NCBI GenBank assembly: GCA_003551305.1
Contig: PUMJ01000293.1
Location: 304 to 64,303, forward strand
Length of the DNA: 64,000 nt
Reading direction: 5' to 3'
DNA from: Candidatus Brocadiaceae bacterium
GTDB taxonomy: Bacteria > Planctomycetota > Brocadiia > SM23-32
Shown: positions 40,886 through 47,517 of the stretch, one piece after another
Numbering within the stretch: the stretch's first letter is position 1
Layout of the letters: each line of letters starts with the position of its first letter
The notes under the pieces: generated by a model
The model's database searches: none
Seen by the model: only the letters and a program-made list of their open reading frames with translations
Told to the model about the DNA's origin: nothing
Program-made: the position numbers and the translations under genes

Positions 40886-41605
40886 GCCCCATCGCGCGCA
40901 CCACGGGCACAAGGGAAACCGCAGATGAACGCAGATAAACACAGATGACGGCAAAGGCTGCTCTGTATGCGGCACGGCCGCCCTCGGCTCTGGAAGTCCC
41001 CGCAAGGGGGCTGCTGTCCGCCGCCACGGACACAACGGAAACCGCAGATGAACGCAGATGGACACAGATAACGGCAAAGGCCGCTCTGTATGTGGCACAG
41101 CCGCCCCCGGCTCTGGAAGTCCCCGCAAGGGGGCTGCTGTCCGCCGCCACGGACACAACGGAAACCGCAGATGAACGCAGATGGACACAGATAACCTCTG
41201 TCCTGTCCACCGTCCACTTTCCACTATGTGCCCCGGCCGCCCCGGCTGTGACCGGCCCATCGGGCGGGCGGCCGCAGGGCGGCCTGGCGCTTACCACTCA
41301 CATGAATAGCCGTTCCGACCCGTCCGGTCAAGCCCTTCGGGCCTTTCCTCGGACAGCAGCGCCCAACCGCGCCCAAACCGGACACAGATTCACGACGAAG
41401 GGAACCGCAGATGAACGCAGATAAACACAGATGACGGCAAAGGCTGCTCTGTATGTGGCACAGCCGCCCTCGGCTGTGAAAGCCTCCGCAACGGGGCTGC
41501 TGTCCGCCACCACGGACATAGGGCAACAGAAGATGAACGCCGATGAACGGCGATGGACGCGGATGACGGCAAAGGCCGCTCAGGGTAACGGCAACGGCGT
41601 CCGTG
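40886..41605 (+). repeat. repeat array B (L + 123-bp tandem x2.3 + unique 49 nt + S + core + tail)
   Basis: Composition:
- The same L at 40886-40914.
- Tandem units starting at 40916, 41039 and 41162 (period 123 nt).
- S copy at 41245-41402, with a 12-nt internal duplication.
- Core at 41403-41525.
- Degenerate tail to about 41605. Confidence 0.9.
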
Positions 41606-41659
41606 CCTCGGGCGTCCTCGTGCCCCGGGGCCGCCGAAGTTCGCCGCAGGGCGACCGAA

Positions 41660-41861
41660 CGCGGCCCGCCCTCCCGCGCCGCGCTCTCGGCCCCGGCCGT
41701 GGTCTTTCTCAGCGCGGTGGAGACCTCCTGGAAGAAACGCAGCTCCTCCCGCACCGCCACCGCCTCAAGCTGCGTCCAGCGCGTCCTGGCCCGCTGGCGG
41801 TCTCGTAGCCCAAACCGCGGAGCCAGTCGAGGGCCGTCTGTTCCAGGTGGCTTTCGGTCAT
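41660..41861 (-). pseudogene. hsdR: type I restriction enzyme R subunit (hsdR) relic: N-terminal about 25 aa fused out of frame to a short C-terminal-domain fragment
   Basis: ATG at 41861 gives MTESHLEQTALDWLRGLGYETASGP, a typical HsdR N-terminus. After a frame change it continues TRWTQLEAVAVREELRFFQEVSTALRKTT, which matches the FFQAV..L.K motif of the HsdR C-terminal DUF3387 region. The whole helicase/nuclease core is missing. Confidence 0.6.
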
Positions 41862-41866
41862 GGCGC

Positions 41867-42484
41867 TCACGGCCGGCCCCTTTCCCGCTTTCTGACCCTG
41901 TAGAGCCTTTCGGTGAAGCCGCCCTCGGCGCGGAAGGCGTCCGCCTGCGCTTCTATCTGGCGGTCCAGCAGGTGGCAGCAGACGTTCAGCAGCGACAGGG
42001 CGGCGTTCGCCACGAGGGCGGAATACGGCACGGACGGGCACGGACGGCCACCGACCCGCACGGACCGGCCGGAGTCGCGCTGACGTCGGCGCTCCTGGTG
42101 GACCCACCGGCGCACCTCTTGCAGGGTTGAGCAGCGCTGCGCCTTGAAGCGTTCCAGCGCCGGGTGGTCCGGTTCCCAGCGGGGCAGGCCGCGCTGGCGC
42201 AGGTAGTCCTCGTAGTCCAGGCGCAGCTCCTCCAGGCTGGCGCGGGCCACGTTGGTGAGCTTCAGTTCCATCTTCTTCGAGGTGGCGGATGCCTGGCTTC
42301 CCTCGGCGATGTTCTGCACCCCCGAGCGGGCCGCCTGCACCATCTGGTCGTGAGTGCGGCTACGGCGGTCCACGTAGCGGTCACAGAACCGGGCGGTCAC
42401 GTCGTAGATAAGCTGCGCGAGCCGGAATGTCTTCAGGTTCCGGTAGCCGCCGTGTTTGGGGATGAGCGGTTCCCGTTCGGCCAT
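41867..42484 (-). CDS. four-helix-bundle protein (23S rRNA IVS protein / Avd-like family) with C-terminal suffix domain
   Basis: GGYRNLKTFRLAQLIYDVTARFCDRYVDRRSRTHDQMVQAARSGVQNIAEGSQASATSKKMELKLTNVARASLEELRLDYEDYLRQRGL matches PF05635/TIGR02436-type proteins (accessions from memory). GAGGAGG RBS. Confidence 0.85.
   Translation of the reverse strand: MAEREPLIPKHGGYRNLKTFRLAQLIYDVTARFCDRYVDRRSRTHDQMVQAARSGVQNIAEGSQASATSKKMELKLTNVARASLEELRLDYEDYLRQRGLPRWEPDHPALERFKAQRCSTLQEVRRWVHQERRRQRDSGRSVRVGGRPCPSVPYSALVANAALSLLNVCCHLLDRQIEAQADAFRAEGGFTERLYRVRKRERGRP
42027..42066. repeat. 10-nt tandem repeat (GGCACGGACG x4) inside the four-helix-bundle gene
   Basis: ggcacggacg ggcacggacg gccaccgacc cgcacggacc, read directly. 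Confidence 0.8.
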
Positions 42485-42560
42485 CGGGCGCCTCCTCGCC
42501 GTTCAGTTTGTGTGCGTGCCGGGGGCCGACGCCGCCCGGCGACCGTGCGGGCCGCTCCGT

Positions 42561-42620
42561 CGTCGTCCGTGGGCGGCGGTTCCGTCCGAGCCGGTCCGTG
42601 CCGTCCGTGGGCGTCCGTGG
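42561..42620. repeat. 10-nt tandem repeat in the opposite orientation (CCGTCCGTGG-type x about 5) upstream of the four-helix-bundle gene
   Basis: cgtcgtccgt gggcggcggt tccgtccgag ccggtccgtg ccgtccgtgg gcgtccgtgg. Positions 42590-42601 are the exact reverse complement of 42058-42069. Confidence 0.8.
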
Positions 42621-42908
42621 GCGCGCGGGCCGCACCCGACCCAGCGGGCGGCCCACCGTTACGCAGCGGCAGCGCAGCTCGTGCCGCGCAGCCAGCCCGG
42701 CGTAGCGCGTTCCACTGCAGACTCCCTGGGGTGGCCTGTCATGCAGGGCAAACCCTTTGCAGCAAACCTTTTGGGTTATCATCGTCTTGGCCGCGACGTT
42801 CGACTTGACAGGGTCTCTGTGCATCGTGTGTCATTATGGTAGCTCATCCACCATGCGTCGAAGGAGTCGCGACGCCGTTCCTCTCCGCAGGGGGGCGGCG
42901 TCAGGCAT

Positions 42909-43208
42909 TTAAGTCATATCTTCTTCCCAGTGCTTCCTCAGCTTGTGGCACGTGTGTTCCCTGTCCGTAGGATATGCGGTAATCAACCACCAGTAACGCC
43001 GCTTGTCAACCAGAACGACGACCAACTCCTCGTTGTGCCAGAGGCAGACGCGTGTTTCTGTCCCACGACGGGTCGTCCACACCCTCACCGTCGGGTCGTG
43101 GGCATGCTCAATAACAGCGGGTGTCCAACCGATTCGCTCGCAACGACGCAGATTCGGCCGTTCGCCGCCGTTATCATCCCGCTGCTGAACGCAATGCCAG
43201 AAAGCCAT
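42909..43208 (-). CDS. hypothetical protein (99 aa)
   Basis: Open frame whose amino-acid composition looks like a real protein (Trp/His/Cys-rich, ...KRRYWWLITAYPTDREHTCHKLRKHWEE). No RBS, and its ATG lies inside a repeat core. No family recognised. Confidence 0.45.
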   Translation of the reverse strand: MAFWHCVQQRDDNGGERPNLRRCERIGWTPAVIEHAHDPTVRVWTTRRGTETRVCLWHNEELVVVLVDKRRYWWLITAYPTDREHTCHKLRKHWEEDMT

Positions 43209-43345
43209 CTGCGTTCATCTGCGGTTGCACTATGGCCGTCGCGGTGGACTGTAGCCCCTGGCGGGGCTTTCACAGCCGGGGGCGGTGTGCCACATGTAGA
43301 GCAGTCTTTGCCGTCATCCGCGTTCATCTGCGTTCATCTGCGGTT
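43205..43345 (-). repeat. inverted (minus-oriented) copy of the 123-nt repeat unit flanked by two core heads
   Basis: The reverse complement reads AACCGCAGATGAACGCAGATGAACGCGGATGACGGCAAAGACTGCTCTACATGTGGCACACCGCCCCCGGCTGTGAAAGCCCCGCCAGGGGCT...GCAACCGCAGATGAACGCAGATGG. Confidence 0.85.
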
Positions 43346-43385
43346 GCCGTCAGCGGTCGGGGTGGAAATGCGCGGATTTTCGGTA

Positions 43386-43413
43386 TTGACACGGCGGCGT
43401 TTTGTGGTATCCT
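43386..43413 (+). promoter_or_regulatory. sigma-70-like promoter of the small-RNA candidate
   Basis: TTGACA (43386-91), 16 nt, TATCCT (43408-13), with a T-rich stretch just upstream. Confidence 0.45.
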
Positions 43414-43419
43414 GAGGGG

Positions 43420-43562
43420 TGGCTGGAGGAGTGTGAGTACCAGTCCAAATACCAGGTAAGAGGCTGAGAGAACCTGGGGCGTCAGGACAAGCTAAACCAG
43501 CTGTTAATCTGGTTTTCCAGAGCGCCTGTTTCATTGTACCGCACTCCTCCGGCTTCTTTTTT
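43420..43562 (+). ncRNA. structured small RNA candidate (about 140 nt), unknown family
   Basis: 5' GCTGGAGGAGTG (43422-33) pairs with 3' CACTCCTCCGGC (43542-53): 12 bp including one G-U, directly followed by TTCTTTTTT. Internal hairpins are AAACCAG-ctgttaat-CTGGTTT (43494-43515) and CCAGG...CCTGG (43452-77). There is no downstream plus-strand gene, and local GC is much lower than in the flanks. Confidence 0.45.
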
Positions 43563-43664
43563 GCCTCCCGTCCGGGGCGCATGAGGGGTCGGCCCGGTTT
43601 CACCGGCACTGGAGCCCGCTCTCCCGCAAGACCGCAGGTGCCGGCCACGCTGAGCGAGGGCGCG

Positions 43665-44114
43665 TCAGAGGCCCATGCCGGTGGCCTGGAAGGCGTCCTC
43701 GATGTGCTCGACGCTCAAGGGGCGGCCCCTCTCGTCCAGCAGCACCAGCACGGCGTCGAAGCGCAGCAGAACGTCTTCGCGGGCCAGCGCGTGCCGCGTG
43801 CAGTAGCGCCGGGCGGCCCGGATGACGCGGCGTTGCTTGCGCCGCGTGATGGTGCGGGCGGGCTCTATGCGGGCGGGGGCCGTCTGGCAGCGCACCTCCA
43901 CGAAGGCGACGGTCCCGTCGCGGAAGGCGATGACGTCCACCTCCCCGTCCGGGGCGGTGAAGTTGCGCTGCAGGATGGTGTAACCTTTGCGCCTGAGGCA
44001 GCGGACGGCCTCCCGCTCCCCGCGCCGCCCCACCCGCAGGTGGGCCGCGCCCCCGGCGTCCCGGCCCAGCAGCCGGAGCGCACGGCGCCACAGGCGGCTC
44101 AGCGTCTTCATCAT
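43665..44114 (-). CDS. yraN: YraN-family (UPF0102) endonuclease-like protein
   Basis: GRRGEREAVRCLRRKGYTILQRNF...GEVDVIAFRDGTVAFVEVR. Confidence 0.85.
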   Translation of the reverse strand: MMKTLSRLWRRALRLLGRDAGGAAHLRVGRRGEREAVRCLRRKGYTILQRNFTAPDGEVDVIAFRDGTVAFVEVRCQTAPARIEPARTITRRKQRRVIRAARRYCTRHALAREDVLLRFDAVLVLLDERGRPLSVEHIEDAFQATGMGL

Positions 44115-44150
44115 GCCGGGAGGGGGTCTTGTGTCGGGCGGGCCGGGGTC

Positions 44151-45704
44151 TCAGATCTTCAGTTCAGGGCCTATCATGTCCACCAGGGCGTCGCGGCGGT
44201 TCTCCATGAGCGCTCTGTCCCCGCTGGCCTCCAGGTAGAGGCGCAGCAGGTCGCCGGCGCCGCCCTCGGTGCCGCTCTTGCGCATGCAGAACCACCAGTC
44301 GCCGGCCTCGGCGCGCACGTCGGAGACGCTCAGCTCGAGTCCCTCGGGCGGGTAGGCGTCCACCAGGCGGACGCGGTCGTCCGAGACGACGTAGATGCGC
44401 TTTATCTCGTCGGCGAACTGCTCGGTGGCCTGCCGGATGACGTCCTCGGCGGGCCGTCCGGCGGGGAGTTCGAAGTTTATCTCGCCGGACTCGAAGTAGG
44501 TGTTGCGCGGCTCTTCGAGTATGGAGGAGAGGGGCTTGCCCCGGGAGTGCAGCTCGGCGGCGAGTTCGAGCACGAGGATGCCGGCCATCATGCCGCTGTC
44601 GGTGCACCAGAAGTTGCGGAACATGTAGTGGCCGGAGTGCTCGGCGCCGAAGATGATATCAGGGTCGTCGTACATGATGGCCTTGATCTTGCCGTAGCCG
44701 ACCGGCGTCATCTGGACGCCGCTCTGGCCCAGGACTTCGTCGCGCTCTCCAAGGGAGTCGGCGATGACCCAGCTACAGGCGAGGTTGAAGCCGATGCGCT
44801 CCTCCGGCCCGAAGCGCTCGCGCAGCCGCCGCCCCACCAGGGCGGCCAGCAGGGGCGGGGATATCATGCGGCCGTTCTCGTCGGCGACGGCCACGCGGTC
44901 GGCGTCGCCGTCGAAGCAGATGCCCACGTGGCTGCCGGTGCGCTGCACCAGGTCGGCCACCATGCCCTGGTATTCGGCGTTGAGGGGGTTGGGGATGATG
45001 ACGGGGAAGTTGCCGTCCGGCGTGTCGTTGGAGAAGGTCCACTCCAGGCCGGGGGCGATTTTCGCGAACTCCCGCAGGATGCGCCCGCCCATGCCGTTGC
45101 CGGCCTCGACGGCGACGCGCATCGGCTCGCGGGCGTCGCCGGTGGCTGAGGCGAAGTCGCAGCGCGCGCGCTTCAGGATGGTCTGGACGTAGTCGGGGGC
45201 GAACTCCTCCCAGCCCAGCCTCTCGGGCACGGCCTGCTTGCGCAATCCGAGGGCGATGCGTGCCAGCTCGTCCTCGGGCAGCGGCGGCTCCTCCTGCCCG
45301 GCCAGCGGCAGGGGCCTGCCGCCGCGGCCGAAGAACTTGAAGCCGTTGTTGTCCCTGGGGTTGTGGCTGGCGGTGATGATGATGCCGCCGTCTATCTCGT
45401 CCCGGTACTTCGAGGGCAGAAAGCCGACCAGCTCGGTGCCGGCCAGCCCGAGCCTGATGGGGCGGCAGCCGCCGTCGTCCAGCCCCTGGGCCAGGGCGGC
45501 GGCCAGCACGGGGCCGCTGACGCGCATGTCGTGGCCCACCACCACGTTGGTCGGCTGCACGGCGGTGTTGCCCATGAATGACTCGGCCAGCAGCAGTCCC
45601 AGGTTGTAGGCGAACTGCCGGTCTATGTTGACGCCGTAGATGCCGCGGATGTCGTCCCGTTTGATGACCGCGTCAACTTTGCGGAAGAAGTCGTTCAACG
45701 GCAT
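44151..45704 (-). CDS. phosphomannomutase/phosphoglucomutase (alpha-D-phosphohexomutase)
   Basis: ATG at 45704. IRGIYG, active-site loop ITASHNPRDNNGFKF and FDGDADR metal loop. Confidence 0.9.
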   Translation of the reverse strand: MPLNDFFRKVDAVIKRDDIRGIYGVNIDRQFAYNLGLLLAESFMGNTAVQPTNVVVGHDMRVSGPVLAAALAQGLDDGGCRPIRLGLAGTELVGFLPSKYRDEIDGGIIITASHNPRDNNGFKFFGRGGRPLPLAGQEEPPLPEDELARIALGLRKQAVPERLGWEEFAPDYVQTILKRARCDFASATGDAREPMRVAVEAGNGMGGRILREFAKIAPGLEWTFSNDTPDGNFPVIIPNPLNAEYQGMVADLVQRTGSHVGICFDGDADRVAVADENGRMISPPLLAALVGRRLRERFGPEERIGFNLACSWVIADSLGERDEVLGQSGVQMTPVGYGKIKAIMYDDPDIIFGAEHSGHYMFRNFWCTDSGMMAGILVLELAAELHSRGKPLSSILEEPRNTYFESGEINFELPAGRPAEDVIRQATEQFADEIKRIYVVSDDRVRLVDAYPPEGLELSVSDVRAEAGDWWFCMRKSGTEGGAGDLLRLYLEASGDRALMENRRDALVDMIGPELKI

Positions 45705-45881
45705 GTCCACGTCCTCCCGAAGTGGTGTAGTCCGGTGTGCGTCGGGTGAGACGAATCCTCGTTTTCTGCTCCACGTCGAACAGTTCGGCACGAGCGCAGG
45801 GGCAACGCCCGCTTGCGGACCGGCCGGCCCGCATCTGGCAGGTTAGCACAGGGTTTGAGCCCGCGCAAGGGCCGCGTCGCC

Positions 45882-45909
45882 TTGTGGAGGGGCCACCAGA
45901 GGGTATAAT
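45882..45909 (+). promoter_or_regulatory. sigma-70-like promoter candidate for the photolyase operon
   Basis: TTGTGG, 16 nt, TATAAT, about 37 nt upstream of the GTG at 45946. Confidence 0.45.
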
Positions 45910-45945
45910 GCGCTCTTCTTCACACTCACGCTGAAGGGGGCCATC

Positions 45946-47517
45946 GTGGGCGAGGAAACCGGCAGAAAGGCTGCGGTGCCGGTCCGCTGCCTGGTGCTGG
46001 TGCTGAGCGACCAGCTTGACTGCCGTTCGGCGGCCTTTGACGAATTCGATGAGGCCAGGGACGCGGTCTGGATGGCGGAGACGCCGGCTGAACTGACCCG
46101 CGTCCCCTTCCACAAGGCCCGGATCGTTCTTCTGCTCAGCGGGATGCGGCGCTTCCGCGATTTGCTGCGCGCCCGGGGCCGGCGGGTGCTCTACCGGGAA
46201 CTCGACGCTCCTGACAACCGTGGCGACCTGACGGCAGAACTCATTCACGCCGTCCGCAGCACGGGGGCCCGTCGGCTGGTGGTGGTTCGGCCGGGGGAGT
46301 GGCGCCTGCAGCAGTCTTTGCGCGATACGGCTCGCGAACTGGGCGTGGAGCTGGAGGTTCGCCCCGACCGGCACTTTTTCTGCTCAGTCGAGCAGTTCAC
46401 CGACTACGCCCGCCAGCAGAAGCGGCCGCGGGTTGCGGACTTCTACCGCGAGATGCGCCGGCGTAGCGGCTTCCTGATGGACGGGGATGAGCCCGTGGGA
46501 GGCCGGTGGTGCTGGGATGAAGCGGCGCTGGACCAGGCCGCCGCGCCCGAGCCGCCGGGCCCGCGGCGCTTCCCCCCGGACGAGACCACGCGCCGGGTGA
46601 TGCGGCTGGTCAGGCGCCGCTTCGCCGACCACCCGGGCGAGCTGGAGCAGTTCGACTGGCCCCTCACGCCCCGGCAGGCGCACACAGCGCTCAGCGACTT
46701 CGTCAACGCCAGACTGCGCGACTACGGGCCGAGCCACAACACCATGCGCTCCGGGCAGCCTTTCATGTTCCATTCGCGGCTTTCCCCCTCCCTGAACCTC
46801 AAGCTGCTTGATCCGCGGGACGTGCTACGGGCGGCCGAGAAGGCCTGTTCCAGCGGCGCGGCGCCGGTTGAGTCCGCCGAGCGCTTCGTGCGGGGCATAC
46901 TGGGTTGGCGCGAGTTCGTGCGGGGCGTCTACTGGAGCCAGATGCCCGACTACCTGCACCGCAACGCCCTGGACGCCCACGTGCCGCTGCCGGCCTTCTA
47001 CTGGACGGGCGAGACGCCGATGAACTGCCTGCGCCGGTGCATCGGCCAGACGCTCAAGTTCGCCTACCAGCACCCCGCGCAACGCCTGATGGTGACGGGC
47101 CAGTACGCCCTGCTGCTGGGGGTGGAACCGCTGCAGTTCCACCGCTGGGCGCTGGCCATGCACGTGGACGCGGTCGAGTGGGCGGCGTTGCCCAATGCGC
47201 TGGGGCTCTCGCAGTTCGCCGACGGAGGCAGGGTCGAACCGGGACCGCGCCTGGCCGACGGCGCCCGCATCGAGCGCGCGAGCGACTACTGCGGGCCATG
47301 CCGCTACGAGCCCGGCACGGAGGTCGGCGACGAGGCCTGCCCCTTCACCACACTGCACCGGGACTTTCTGATGCGCCATTGCCGGCATTTACGTCTCAAC
47401 TCGGAGATGAAAGCCCACTTGCGCCGGCTTGCGCAACTCCCCCGGGAGGAGCGGACGCCCATCCGGCGGGCGGCCGAAGGTCTCCGAGCTTCCAGTGCGA
47501 ATCACGGAGGCGCATGA
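45946..47517 (+). CDS. cryptochrome/photolyase-family protein of the FeS-BCP ((6-4) photolyase PhrB/CryB-like, COG3046) type
   Basis: N-terminal LVLVLSDQL...FHKARIVLLLSGMRRF pattern, and C-terminal Cys cluster YCGPCRYEP...ACPFTTL consistent with the 4Fe-4S site of that group. Confidence 0.8.
   Translation: MGEETGRKAAVPVRCLVLVLSDQLDCRSAAFDEFDEARDAVWMAETPAELTRVPFHKARIVLLLSGMRRFRDLLRARGRRVLYRELDAPDNRGDLTAELIHAVRSTGARRLVVVRPGEWRLQQSLRDTARELGVELEVRPDRHFFCSVEQFTDYARQQKRPRVADFYREMRRRSGFLMDGDEPVGGRWCWDEAALDQAAAPEPPGPRRFPPDETTRRVMRLVRRRFADHPGELEQFDWPLTPRQAHTALSDFVNARLRDYGPSHNTMRSGQPFMFHSRLSPSLNLKLLDPRDVLRAAEKACSSGAAPVESAERFVRGILGWREFVRGVYWSQMPDYLHRNALDAHVPLPAFYWTGETPMNCLRRCIGQTLKFAYQHPAQRLMVTGQYALLLGVEPLQFHRWALAMHVDAVEWAALPNALGLSQFADGGRVEPGPRLADGARIERASDYCGPCRYEPGTEVGDEACPFTTLHRDFLMRHCRHLRLNSEMKAHLRRLAQLPREERTPIRRAAEGLRASSANHGGA

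Noticed and set aside
39808-41605. CRISPR array hypothesis for the repeat arrays.
   Set aside because: The period is 123 nt with no short, constant direct repeat alternating with unique spacers. The whole unit is repeated, and no cas genes are present.
41867-42484. Diversity-generating retroelement hypothesis (the four-helix-bundle protein acting as Avd).
   Set aside because: There is no reverse transcriptase in the window. Differences between repeat copies are ordinary transitions and transversions, not adenine-specific TR/VR substitutions, and no C-terminal variable-region target gene is present.
39808-43345. Integron cassette array / attC sites hypothesis.
   Set aside because: I could not find the R''-L''/L'-R' (RYYYAAC ... 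GTTRRRY) architecture in the units. There is no intI, and the gene orientation relative to the repeats is inconsistent.
43420-43562. Identification of the small-RNA candidate as SRP (4.5S) RNA or 6S RNA.
   Set aside because: GUCAGGAC is present, but the conserved domain IV GGAA tetraloop and AGCAGC symmetric-loop motif are missing. The length of about 140 nt is short for 6S. I leave it unclassified.
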